From an uncultured delta proteobacterium (GTDB lineage: Bacteria; Myxococcota_A; Polyangia; Fen-1088): a DNA stretch of 64,000 nt. Location: assembly GCA_963737265.1 (NCBI GenBank), contig CAVTRY010000014.1:256001-320000 (forward strand). The letters are read 5' to 3'. The position numbers were made by a program, and so were the translations under genes. Below the pieces are notes generated by a model. That model was given only the letters and a program-made list of their open reading frames with translations. It did no database searches and was not told where the DNA came from. Shown here piece by piece: positions 1 through 10,438 of the stretch; position 1 is the stretch's first letter, and each line of letters opens with the position of its first letter.

Positions 1-1167
<1,167 letters not shown>

Positions 1168-1279
1168 ATGCTTGGACCGTAGAGGATTGAACGCCCCCTG
1201 CAAAATGTACCATGAAGGCGGTAACGCCGATACATCCGGGCTACAACCTCAAAACTATCACGCAACATCACGCAGCCCC

Positions 1280-1308
1280 TTGACGTGAAGGAGGTTTCAG
1301 CTTAAACC
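1280..1308 (+). promoter_or_regulatory. Possible sigma70 promoter of tRNA-Gly
   Basis: TTGACG-17 bp-TAAACC ending 11 bp before the tRNA. Confidence 0.45.
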
Positions 1309-1319
1309 CAACCCCCTCC

Positions 1320-1394
1320 GCGGGCGTAACTCAGTGGTAGAGTGTCACCTTGCCAAGGTGAACGTCGAGGGTTCAAGTCCCTTCGCCCGCTCCA
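1320..1394 (+). tRNA. tRNA-Gly(GCC)
   Basis: GCGGGCG/CGCCCGC acceptor stem, TCACC-TTGCCAA-GGTGA anticodon arm, GGTTCAAGTCC T-loop, encoded CCA. Confidence 0.97.
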
Positions 1395-1419
1395 AAGCCC
1401 TGGTAATCCCAGGGCTTTT
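1394..1419 (+). terminator. Intrinsic terminator after tRNA-Gly
   Basis: AAAGCCCTGG-TAATC-CCAGGGCTTT-T hairpin. Confidence 0.7.
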
Positions 1420-1440
1420 CTTGCTGCGACAAGCCAGCAC

Positions 1441-1477
1441 GAGGTAATCGGGCGCATGAGGTAGGAATGAGGTAATC
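1441..1477. repeat. Direct repeat copy 1 (triple GAGGTA unit)
   Basis: GCATGAGGTAGGAATGAGGTAATC at 1454-1477 is identical to 3278-3301, with an extra GAGGTAATC upstream in both copies. Confidence 0.9.
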
Positions 1478-1617
1478 GGAAGGGGAGTGTCACCCTGTTT
1501 CGCTCGCCTTCACATGGATGCTAGGCAGCCCAGCTGTGTGCGCAGACCTTTCGCACAAACGTGTACGCAAGAGCGGCATGCCTAAGATCATTGGACTTTT
1601 TGCTGGCCATGTGAGCC

Positions 1618-2627
1618 ATGGCAGATGATGCCTTGGCGATGCTGGACATCCCCACGGCCACCTCACAGACGCGCTGCACGTATGACCACCGTCTCCGGAA
1701 CCAGGTGGTTCGCACTGGCACCAGATGCCTGCCCAAGCACATCAGGATCCCGCGCTCCACCGCTTCCACCTGGCGGCGTCGTGGCCAGCGCCCGGTCGTC
1801 ACCATCGAACCGTTCGACCAGGACAGACAGCAGTTGGTCGACACCATCGCGAAGCTTGATCGCCGAGTGCGCATTCTCGCGGCCGTGGTTCGAATTCTCC
1901 TTGCGCTGCTCCGCGCTTCCGGCTTCACCCTCGCCGGCGAGCGACTCCCCGAAGGCGCCGCCAAAGCCGGCATTCTGCGCGCCGTCACCAGTGCAAGAGC
2001 ATTCCTCCCGCTCGCCGTGATCTTGCGTGTAGCGCACCTCGAACCCGGGCGATACCACCGATGGAATCGTGCCTCCACGGCGGTCTGCGGTTTGGATGAT
2101 CGCTCCTCGTGTCCGCGAACCAGCCCGAGCCAACTCACGCCTACCGAGGTGGCCGATATCAAGGACATGGTGCTGGCCCCTGAGAAGCGCCACATGTCTC
2201 TGCGCACGCTGGCCATGCATGCCCAGCGCATCGGCAAGGTCTTCGCCTCGGTCACCACCTGGGGCAAGCTCGTCCGAGCGCGAGGTTGGCGTCGACCGCG
2301 GCTGCGCGTTCCAACTCGATGATCGAGGCATTCTGGCGTTCGCTGAAACGCCGATGGCTTTACCTCAACTCCCTCGACTCGATTGAGCGGCTTCGCGTTC
2401 TCGTGGCGTTCTTCATCGAGCAGCACAACGCCCAGATGCCACATTCGGCCTTCTCTGGCCAGACCCCGGATGAAATGTACTTTGGCGCGGCGGTCGAGCT
2501 GCCGGCGCAACTGGCGGCGGCCCGGAGCAAGGCGCGGGAGGAGCGTCTCGCAGCGAATCGGGCGATGACCTGCGACCAGTGCAGTGGCCAGCAAACCAGC
2601 CTTCCCGCACCGCCAAATCCTCCATGA
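1618..2627 (+). pseudogene. DDE integrase/transposase remnant with internal deletion of most of the catalytic core
   Basis: The N-terminal ORF (1618-2322) ends at WRRPRLRV. Another frame resumes at SNSMIEAFWRSLK...HNAQMPHSAFSGQTPDEMY (rve C-terminus). The W.xD and DxG segments are missing. Confidence 0.75.
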
Positions 2628-2686
2628 TTTCAGCGCTGACGCTGTTGCGTACGCTTTTCAGGTCTGCGCACGCAGCTGGGCGACGT

Positions 2687-2971
2687 CTAGCGAGCGATCG
2701 GTTTTCTTGCCTGACGGTAGATGCGGACGATTCGAATATTGTCATCCTCGCGCTGGTAGTAGATCCGATACGGAGAGACGGGCCAACTCCTTACGATTGC
2801 ACCAGAACGAAGCCGACGTTGTGGGCCTTCAAAGTCACCCTCGGCCAGACGACGTACGAGTTCAGTAACATTGCCATACAGCTGCGCTGCCGCGGTCGGA
2901 TTGCGGCCACCAAGAAACTCCAAGGCAGCGAGAAGATCCTGCTCGGCCTCCGGAGCAAAGACGACCTTCAA
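2687..2971 (-). CDS. RelE/ParE family toxin
   Basis: MKVVFAPEAEQDL...NPTAA...VSPYRIYYQ...IRIVRIYRQARKP, 94 aa. Confidence 0.85.
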   Translation of the reverse strand: MKVVFAPEAEQDLLAALEFLGGRNPTAAAQLYGNVTELVRRLAEGDFEGPQRRLRSGAIVRSWPVSPYRIYYQREDDNIRIVRIYRQARKPIAR

Positions 2972-3183
2972 CGACGCAGGCTTTCTTCGATGCCGTGAAA
3001 TACGACGCTTGCATCGACCCCTCGCCCTTGGCGCAGAGATTCGAGGGCCACTTCCAACCCCGCTTCCTCATTAGGTGATAGATCGGGCGCGGCGTCGACG
3101 GCATCGACGACATAGCGCCCCTCGGGGAGGGAGCGCAATTCCTGGGGGACGTCTTTGCCGTTCCAGTGGAGCACGACTGACAT
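2968..3183 (-). CDS. Putative cognate antitoxin
   Basis: 71 aa, acidic, LSPNEEAGLEVALESLRQGRGVD; 4-nt overlap with the toxin. Confidence 0.7.
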   Translation of the reverse strand: MSVVLHWNGKDVPQELRSLPEGRYVVDAVDAAPDLSPNEEAGLEVALESLRQGRGVDASVVFHGIEESLRR

Positions 3184-3257
3184 ACAACGAATGATACCTC
3201 ACCCATAGTTGGGGGCGCCAGCCAGGTCATGAACGCCTCTTCCGGACGGACTTCTCG

Positions 3258-3301
3258 GCATGAGGTAATCGCATCCGGCATGAGGTAGGAATGAGGTAAT
3301 C
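3258..3301. repeat. Direct repeat copy 2 (triple TGAGGTA unit)
   Basis: Matches 1441-1477. Confidence 0.9.
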
Positions 3302-3399
3302 TGGGAGTGCTTTTCACGTCGTTTCAGTGCTTTTCGAGTCGTCTCGCGCCTTCCAAGTTGGGTGGATCTCTCAAATGACCGAAATAACTAGCTTAAATG

Positions 3400-3472
<73 letters not shown>

Positions 3473-3497
3473 GTGACCCGGCGAGCCGGGTGGAGGG

Positions 3498-3525
3498 ATT
3501 GTACTTAGGACGATCAGCTTTGCAA
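3498..3525 (-). promoter_or_regulatory. Possible sigma70 promoter of tRNA-Ala
   Basis: TTGCAA-16 bp-TACAAT on the minus strand. Confidence 0.5.
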
Positions 3526-3556
3526 CCGTGAACTGGACTCGGCGTATTCTTCGCGG

Positions 3557-4342
3557 GTGGGAGACAAGGACAAGTCCGCTGCCAGGGACGCCCAAATTCC
3601 GCCGCGGCCAAGCAAGCAGCGCGCGGACGTGGCGGTATTCGAGCAGGGCCTGGCGTCGTCGCGCGAGCGGGCGCGGGCGTTGATTCTGGCGGGACAGGTG
3701 CTGTGGGCAGACAAGCCGGTGAGCAAGGCGGGTGATTTGTTGCCGGTGGGCGCGACGCTGCGGCTGCGGGGCGAACCCATGCCTTACGTTTCGCGTGGTG
3801 GGCTCAAGCTCGCCTGCGCCATCGAGACGTTCAAGGTCGACGTGGCCGGCGCGGTGGCGGTGGATATCGGCGCGTCGACGGGCGGATTCACCGACTGCCT
3901 CTTGCAGCGCGGGGCTGTCCGCGTGTACTGCGTCGACGTGGGGCATGGCCAGCTCGACTGGAAAATCGCCTCGGACCCGCGCGTGACCGTCATCGACCGC
4001 ACCAACATTCGGCACATGCCACCCGACCGCATCCCCGAACGCTGCACGCTGGCCGTGATCGATGTGTCATTCATTTCACTTCGTCTGGTGCTTCCCGCGT
4101 TGCCCAATTTGCTGGTACCCGGCGCGCCGGCTCTCGTGCTCGTCAAGCCGCAATTCGAGGTGGGACGAGAAAAGGTCGGCAAGGGCGGGATCATCCGCGA
4201 CGAGGATGACCGCAGGCAAGCCGTCGCCGACGTGGCGGCGGCGGCGACGGCACTTGGCATCGCCGTGCTCGGCGAGACCACGTCTCCGATCACGGGCGGC
4301 AAGGGGAATGCGGAGTTCTTGCTACACCTGCGCTTGCCGTGA
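3557..4342 (+). CDS. tlyA: TlyA family rRNA 2'-O-methyltransferase (S4 + FtsJ)
   Basis: YVSRGGLKL, DIGASTGGFTDCLLQRGA, DVSFISL, LVKPQFE, SPITGGKGNAEF. Confidence 0.95.
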   Translation: MGDKDKSAARDAQIPPRPSKQRADVAVFEQGLASSRERARALILAGQVLWADKPVSKAGDLLPVGATLRLRGEPMPYVSRGGLKLACAIETFKVDVAGAVAVDIGASTGGFTDCLLQRGAVRVYCVDVGHGQLDWKIASDPRVTVIDRTNIRHMPPDRIPERCTLAVIDVSFISLRLVLPALPNLLVPGAPALVLVKPQFEVGREKVGKGGIIRDEDDRRQAVADVAAAATALGIAVLGETTSPITGGKGNAEFLLHLRLP

Positions 4343-4357
4343 AGCTACGATGAGGGC

Positions 4358-5326
4358 ATGGACCTCCTCATCACCGGCGCCGCGGGTTTCATCGGATCCC
4401 ATCTCGCCGAACGCCTGTGCGGCCGCGGCGACCGGGTGACGGGCTTTGACAACTTCGATCCGTTCTACCCGCGCGAGGTGAAAGAAGAGAACGTGAACGG
4501 GCTGCTGCGCAACCCGGCTTTCAAGCTCGTGGAAGGCGACCTCACGGATCCAAGCGACGTGGACCAGGCTTTCGGGGTTGCCGGGCACGTCGACACGGTC
4601 GTGCACCTGGCTGCGCTCGCAGGCGTGCGACCGTCCATCGCCAGTCCAGGCCGCTACTGGAACGTCAACGTGACCGGAACCTTGCACTTGCTCCAGGTAT
4701 GCCGTGAACGCGGCGTGAAGCACATCGTGTTCGCGTCGTCGTCGTCGGTGTACGGCCTCGACAGCGACGTGCCCTTCTCTGAATTCGGCGCATGCAGCCG
4801 TCCGCTTTCGCCCTACGCCGCGACCAAGCGCGCGGGCGAGCTGATGGCCTTCAACCATCACCATCTGTACGCGGCGTCGGTCACTTGTCTGCGCTTCTTC
4901 ACGGTGTACGGCCCGCGCCAGCGTCCGGATTTGGCCATTCGCAAATTCACCCGCTTAATCGACAGCGGCCGGCCCATTGAGCTTTTCGGCGACGGCGCCA
5001 GCTCGCGCGACTACACCTGGATCGACGACATCGTCGACGGCGTCGTGGCGGCGATCGACCAGCAATCTCGCGAAACGCGCACCGCCTATCGAATCTACAA
5101 CCTGGGCGGCTCGAAGCCGACCAGCCTCAAGACCTTGGTCGACCGCATTTCCGCAGCCCTCGGCAAGCAGGCGGTCATCGAGTGGAAGCCCGAGCAACCG
5201 GGCGACATGAAGCACACGCTGGCCGACGTCGATTTGGCGCGAACCGATTTGGGCTACTCTCCCAAGGTTTCGATTGACACCGGCATTCCGCGCTTCGTGG
5301 ACTGGTTTCGCTCGGTGAATCGCTAA
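4358..5326 (+). CDS. NAD-dependent epimerase (UDP-glucuronate 4-epimerase-like)
   Basis: TGAAGFIG, HLAALAGVRPS, ASSSSVYG, YAATK, RFFTVYGPRQRPD. Confidence 0.92.
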   Translation: MDLLITGAAGFIGSHLAERLCGRGDRVTGFDNFDPFYPREVKEENVNGLLRNPAFKLVEGDLTDPSDVDQAFGVAGHVDTVVHLAALAGVRPSIASPGRYWNVNVTGTLHLLQVCRERGVKHIVFASSSSVYGLDSDVPFSEFGACSRPLSPYAATKRAGELMAFNHHHLYAASVTCLRFFTVYGPRQRPDLAIRKFTRLIDSGRPIELFGDGASSRDYTWIDDIVDGVVAAIDQQSRETRTAYRIYNLGGSKPTSLKTLVDRISAALGKQAVIEWKPEQPGDMKHTLADVDLARTDLGYSPKVSIDTGIPRFVDWFRSVNR

Positions 5327-5332
5327 GACCCA

Positions 5333-5854
5333 TCAAGTGGGGTACGTCACCTCGGTGATGGTCAGCTCGCGGTGGCCCTTGTCCCAGCGGACCTGAACAG
5401 TGTCGCCGAGCTCCTTGCCAATCAGGGATCGGCCCACCGGCGACTGCCACGAGATGGCGCCACCCGCGCTGTCGATCTCGTCCGACCCTACGATGCTGAA
5501 GACGTGGCGCTCGCCTTCCTCGTCTTCCACGGTGACGGTGGCGCCAAAGAAGACCCGGTCGCGCCGCTTTTGCTCGCGCGCATCCACGACCACGGCGATA
5601 TCCAGGCGCTTGCCAAGAAAGCGCATGCGCCCGTCGATCTGGCGCAACTGGCGCTTGCGATAAATGTACTCGGCGTTTTCCGACCGGTCGCCCTCGGCGG
5701 CGGCGTCGGATAGGGCGCTCACGACTTCGGGCCGTTTCTTGGTCTGCAAGAAATCGAGCTCGGTGGTCAGCTTGCGATAACCGGCCGGCGTGATGTAGTT
5801 CTTCTCGCCCTTGATCTTCTTCTCCTGGGGCGGGTCGAGGGTTTTGCGTACCAT
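5333..5854 (-). CDS. greB: Transcription elongation factor GreB
   Basis: NYITPAG, AAAEGDRSENAEYIY, VFFGATV, ISWQSPVGRSL. Confidence 0.93.
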   Translation of the reverse strand: MVRKTLDPPQEKKIKGEKNYITPAGYRKLTTELDFLQTKKRPEVVSALSDAAAEGDRSENAEYIYRKRQLRQIDGRMRFLGKRLDIAVVVDAREQKRRDRVFFGATVTVEDEEGERHVFSIVGSDEIDSAGGAISWQSPVGRSLIGKELGDTVQVRWDKGHRELTITEVTYPT

Positions 5855-5916
5855 GGCTGGCGTCAGTTTAGGATGAACATCGCTTTTGCGGGAATTTGGT
5901 GTAGAGGAAAGTCACC

Positions 5917-6300
5917 ATGCTTGGAAACCCTGAAGCCCTGCTTGCCGTTGTGAAGTTTGACTCGAAGGGACTCGTGCCCGTCATCGCCCAGGATCGCAAA
6001 ACCGGCGTGGTGCGCATGCTGGCTTGGGCCAACGCCGAAGCCCTGCGCGCCACCGTCACCAAGGAGCGCGCCACCTTTTGGAGCAGGTCGCGCAACGAGC
6101 TGTGGGAGAAGGGCGCGACCAGCGGCAATTCGATGAAGGTCCACGACGTGCGCATCGACTGCGACGGCGACGCGATTTTGTACCTCGTGGATGCCGTGGG
6201 ACCGTCCTGCCACACCAACGCAACGTCGTGCTTTTTCCGTGCTGTCGCCAAGGACGGCCTCATCGCCGACGACGGCCCGACGAGCTTCAACAAAGCCTAG
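5917..6300 (+). CDS. hisI: Phosphoribosyl-AMP cyclohydrolase
   Basis: GLVPVIAQD, FWSRSRNELWEKGATSGN, DCDGDA, SCHT..SCFF. Confidence 0.95.
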   Translation: MLGNPEALLAVVKFDSKGLVPVIAQDRKTGVVRMLAWANAEALRATVTKERATFWSRSRNELWEKGATSGNSMKVHDVRIDCDGDAILYLVDAVGPSCHTNATSCFFRAVAKDGLIADDGPTSFNKA

Positions 6301-6304
6301 CGTC

Positions 6305-8296
6305 TTGCCCCTCGACAAAGCCGTCGCCGAAATCCTGCGTCCCGGCGGGGCGCTGGCAGATGCTCTGCCGGGGTTCGAGCCGCGGCCTGGCCAACTGGCG
6401 ATGGCCGAGCGCGTGGCGCGCGCCATCGACCTTGACGAGCGCCTGCTGGTCGAGGCCGGCACCGGCACGGGCAAGACCATCGCCTACCTCGTGCCCGCGA
6501 TCCTTTCTGGCCGTCGCGTGGTGGTTTCGACCGGCACGCGCACCTTGCAGGACCAAATCGCGACGATCGATCTGCCGCGGCTGCAGCGCGTGCTGCCGCG
6601 GCAGTTTTCCTTCGCCGTGATGAAGGGCATTGGCAATTACGTGTGCCTGCGCCGCCTCGCCGAGCACAAAAGGCAGCTCGCCATCGCCCAGACGGTGTCG
6701 CCGGAAACCGCGCGCGTGCTGGCATGGATCGAGCGCACCAAGACCGGCGACCGAGCCGATCTCGACGGGGTTGCCGAGGACGCGCCGATTTGGCGAGAAA
6801 TTTCGTCCAGCCCGGAAACACGCCTCGGCAAACGTTGTCCTTTTGTCTCTGACTGCTTCATCACGGCCATGCGCAGGCGGGGTCAGGAAGCGCAGGTGCT
6901 GGTCGTGAACCACCATCTCTTTTTCGCCGATCTGGCCCTGCGCAGCCGCTTTTCCGAGGCGCAGGTGCTGCCCACGTACGAGGCGGTGATCTTCGACGAA
7001 GCCCACCAGCTCGAAGACGTGGCGACCGAAATTTTCGGCGTGCAGGTATCGTCGTTGCGCTTGTTTGCGTTGGCGCGGGACGTGGAACGCGCGCCCGCCG
7101 CGCCGCTCGGTGCCGCGCGCGTGGAATCGGTCGCGCGCCGGATCGAGGCCGCCACCCACGTGCTGGCCCAGGCGTTGCGCTCCCAGCTGCCGCGCAAATT
7201 GGGCAGCGGCGACGATCTGCGCATTCCCATGCCCGACGATCTTTGGCAGGGCGAAGCGCTCGCCCGCTATCACGAGCTCGACACCGTGCTGGAAGAAGCG
7301 TCGGTGCTGCTCGGTCGACTGGCCGAGGACGACGGACGTGATGCGCTTCGGCCGTCGCCGCCCGTGCCCGCCAAGGCCGCGGTGCTGGCCGGGCTGTCCC
7401 AGCGCGCGCAGATCCTGCGTACCGATCTCGACGAGATCGTGGGCAGCGCCCGGCGCGATTCCGTGCGCTGGATTGCCCTCTCATCGCGCAACGTGATCCT
7501 GCGTGCGTCGCCGGTGGACGTTGCGCCCATGCTGCGCCAAAGCTTCGATCGCCAGGCCGGCCCAATGGTCTTCACCTCGGCGACCCTGACGGTCGGCGGT
7601 ACCTTCGGCTACATGCGCGAGCGGCTGGGCTTGTCGGACACCGCCGCCGAGGCGACCTTCCCGTCGCCGTTTCATTACGCAAAACAGGTCTTGCTCTACA
7701 TCGCCGAAGACCTGCCCGATCCCACGCAGGAAGGTTTTGCCGACGCGGCGGCCCGACGCGCCCTCGATCTTTGCCGACTGTCGCGCGGGCGCGCCCTGCT
7801 GCTTTTCACCAGCTTTCGCAACCTGCGCGTCGCCGAGGAGATCTTTCGCGCCGACGATAGTTTCCCCTTGCTGGTGCAAGGCAAGCGCCCGCGCCACGTG
7901 CTGCTTGCCGAGCTGCGTTCGCACGTGGGCTCGGTGCTGCTCGCCACGCAGAGCTTTTGGGAAGGCATCGACGTGCCGGGCGAGGCGCTATCGCTGGTCG
8001 CGATCGATCGCCTGCCCTTTGCCGTGCCCGACGATCCCTTGACCGCCGCGCGCATCGAGGGCATTCGCGAAGACGGCGGCGATCCCTTCGCCACGTACCA
8101 GATCCCGCGCGCCGCGCTGGCGCTCAAGCAGGGCTTCGGCCGACTCATCCGCAGCCGTAAAGATCGCGGCGTGGTGGCGATCCTCGACGGCCGTATCGTG
8201 CGCAAGAGGTACGGCGGCATGCTCCTCGCCAGCCTGCCCGACGGTTGCCCGCGCAGCTACGCGCTCGACGACGTGCGCGCCTTCTTCGCCAAGTAA
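6305..8296 (+). CDS. DinG/YoaA family ATP-dependent helicase
   Basis: EAGTGTGKT, FDEAH, TSATL, FWEGIDVPG, QGFGRLIRS. Start placed at the TTG after hisI; the ORF track extends to 6191. Confidence 0.93.
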   Translation: MPLDKAVAEILRPGGALADALPGFEPRPGQLAMAERVARAIDLDERLLVEAGTGTGKTIAYLVPAILSGRRVVVSTGTRTLQDQIATIDLPRLQRVLPRQFSFAVMKGIGNYVCLRRLAEHKRQLAIAQTVSPETARVLAWIERTKTGDRADLDGVAEDAPIWREISSSPETRLGKRCPFVSDCFITAMRRRGQEAQVLVVNHHLFFADLALRSRFSEAQVLPTYEAVIFDEAHQLEDVATEIFGVQVSSLRLFALARDVERAPAAPLGAARVESVARRIEAATHVLAQALRSQLPRKLGSGDDLRIPMPDDLWQGEALARYHELDTVLEEASVLLGRLAEDDGRDALRPSPPVPAKAAVLAGLSQRAQILRTDLDEIVGSARRDSVRWIALSSRNVILRASPVDVAPMLRQSFDRQAGPMVFTSATLTVGGTFGYMRERLGLSDTAAEATFPSPFHYAKQVLLYIAEDLPDPTQEGFADAAARRALDLCRLSRGRALLLFTSFRNLRVAEEIFRADDSFPLLVQGKRPRHVLLAELRSHVGSVLLATQSFWEGIDVPGEALSLVAIDRLPFAVPDDPLTAARIEGIREDGGDPFATYQIPRAALALKQGFGRLIRSRKDRGVVAILDGRIVRKRYGGMLLASLPDGCPRSYALDDVRAFFAK

Positions 8297-8302
8297 CCCG
8301 GG

Positions 8303-8782
8303 CTATTCGGATTTGCGCCGCATGAAGGCCGCCTGGGACAGGTCGCTCGCAGCATCCTCCGCCCTGCGCTCCGCCAGCTTCTTGTCCTCGGCGTCGGCGC
8401 GTTGCTTGAGCTTTTCCACCGCCTCGCGCTCTCGGTGGGCCCGTTCGAACGCCTGCCGTGCTTCGGTCTCAACAGCGATGGCCGCGGCCAGGGCGGTGTT
8501 TCGGTGGTTCTCGGCGATTCCAACCAGACGTGTCACTTCGGCCCGCAAGCGCTGGCGGTAGCGTTCGCGCGAATTGGCTTCGGCGCCATTTGTCGGCGCT
8601 GGTTCAGCCGACAGCCGCGCCTCCTCGCTTTTGCAGGTGGCGCGCGCCGGTTGGCACGCCTGCACAAGTCGCGCCTGCTCGTCCTCTTCTCGGACGCGCG
8701 CCGCGACGGCGCGGCCGAGCACCTGCTTCGCCGTGTCTTCAGCGTCGCGCCGGAAGTTAAGAAGGCTGTGCAATTGGAACAT
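8303..8782 (-). CDS. FliJ/YscO-like coiled-coil protein
   Basis: MFQLHSLLNFRRDAED...A...L pattern, coiled coil, C-terminal EREAVEKLK...AEDAASD. Confidence 0.55.
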   Translation of the reverse strand: MFQLHSLLNFRRDAEDTAKQVLGRAVAARVREEDEQARLVQACQPARATCKSEEARLSAEPAPTNGAEANSRERYRQRLRAEVTRLVGIAENHRNTALAAAIAVETEARQAFERAHREREAVEKLKQRADAEDKKLAERRAEDAASDLSQAAFMRRKSE

Positions 8783-8836
8783 GATGCAAGGTGCGTGGCG
8801 TTGCGTACTGGGCGAAGGAAGCTTAGTGTTGGCGGA

Positions 8837-10432
8837 ATGGCAGCCCAAGTCCCGTCGAGGAAGTATCGCATCGAGCGGTACCTCGCAGAAGGGGGCATGG
8901 GAGCGATCTATGTCGGCAAGAAAATCGGCCCGGGCGGCTTCGAAAAGGAGGTCGTTCTCAAGCAGCTCTTACCCGAGTTCACCAGCCGGCCGGAGTTCCG
9001 CGACCTGTTTTTTCGCGAGGCCAAGATCTCCGCGACCCTGGATCACCAGAACATCGTTCGCACCTTCGACCTGGTGAACTCGAACGACCGGCTCTTCATC
9101 GTCATGGAATACGTGCGCGGGGCCGACCTGCGCACGATCGCCTGGCGCGCGCGTCGACGAATGCCACTGTCGCCGCAGGCCATCCTGCACATCGCCATGG
9201 AAATTCTAGCCGGGCTCGCCTACGTGCATGGGCGCCGTTCGGCCACAGGCGATCCGCTCGGGATCATTCACCGCGATCTGTCGCCGTCCAATATTCTGTG
9301 CTCGGGCGAGGGCGAGGTGAAGCTGTCCGACTTCGGCATCGCCAAGGCGGTCACCTATTCGTCGGTCTTCTATCGCGTGCGCGGCAAGGTCGGCTACATG
9401 TCGCCCGAGATGGCGCGCAACCAGCCCCTCGACGCGCGCAGCGATCTGTTCTCGCTCGGGGTCAGCATCTATGAGACGCTGATCGGCGAACGCATCTACA
9501 GCGGCGATTTGAACACGCCGCCAGACAAGATATATGCCCAGGTGGTGCCTCGGCTCGACGCCAAGTGCGCGGGCCTTCCGTCCGAATTGCAGGGCGTGCT
9601 CAACCGCGCGCTCGCCATGGATCGGGAGATGCGCTATCCTGACGCCGAATCCTTCGCCGGCGCGCTTCGCCAGATCGCCCACGCGTACGGGCTCTTGTGC
9701 TCGGCGCCGCAGCTTGCGACGGAGTTGCGCGAGATCATGGGCCCGAACGCGGAGATGTGGCTCGCCGACGAGCGCGACCTAGCCCACCCGCGCAGCTCGC
9801 GTGCGCCGCACGCACCGGGCACCTTGACGGGCAAGGAGGCCGACTCGATCGTCGAATCGGGACTCACCAAGGAGGTCGGCGAGGAGGTCGATCTGGAGAA
9901 CCTGGCCACGCCGCCCGTCCGGACATCCGCTGCCATGCCCACGGCGAGCAATCGTTCGTCGGGATTCATGGCGGCGGCAAGGAGTCGTTCGTCGGGGTCA
10001 GTGGCAGCCGTGCCGCCCGCGGCTGACCCCATATCGGTCGCGGCGGCGGAAAGCTTAGCGTGGTCGCCGCAAATGGCATTCGAATTTCCGCCCATCCCGC
10101 CCCAAAAACCGGGCGGCGGGGTTGCCGCGATCAAGCGCTCTCGGCGCGGGCTCTGGCTGCTCGCTCTCCTCGTCGTCGCCATCCTGCTCGGATTTGCGGT
10201 CGTGCGCTTCGTCCTCGGTTCCAGCGCAATGACTCTTCCAATCGCGCCAGCCAACGTCTCGAATACCGAGGCAGAGCGCTGGCTTCGCCCGCAAACCAAG
10301 GCTTCACTCCAGGGTGCAGGTTGTCTGGCCGAACGCGGCGATTGGCTTCTCTGTGTCCCGAAGGAGATCGCTAATCGTGCAGCAATCGGGCCTCCGACGC
10401 AGAGCCGAGCGAGTCTGGCGCCTGGAGCCTGA
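8837..10432 (+). CDS. Membrane-anchored Ser/Thr protein kinase
   Basis: LAEGGMG, VVLK, HRDLSPSN, DFG, GKVGYMSPE; hydrophobic helix near the C-terminus. Confidence 0.93.
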   Translation: MAAQVPSRKYRIERYLAEGGMGAIYVGKKIGPGGFEKEVVLKQLLPEFTSRPEFRDLFFREAKISATLDHQNIVRTFDLVNSNDRLFIVMEYVRGADLRTIAWRARRRMPLSPQAILHIAMEILAGLAYVHGRRSATGDPLGIIHRDLSPSNILCSGEGEVKLSDFGIAKAVTYSSVFYRVRGKVGYMSPEMARNQPLDARSDLFSLGVSIYETLIGERIYSGDLNTPPDKIYAQVVPRLDAKCAGLPSELQGVLNRALAMDREMRYPDAESFAGALRQIAHAYGLLCSAPQLATELREIMGPNAEMWLADERDLAHPRSSRAPHAPGTLTGKEADSIVESGLTKEVGEEVDLENLATPPVRTSAAMPTASNRSSGFMAAARSRSSGSVAAVPPAADPISVAAAESLAWSPQMAFEFPPIPPQKPGGGVAAIKRSRRGLWLLALLVVAILLGFAVVRFVLGSSAMTLPIAPANVSNTEAERWLRPQTKASLQGAGCLAERGDWLLCVPKEIANRAAIGPPTQSRASLAPGA

Positions 10433-10438
10433 AGCCTC

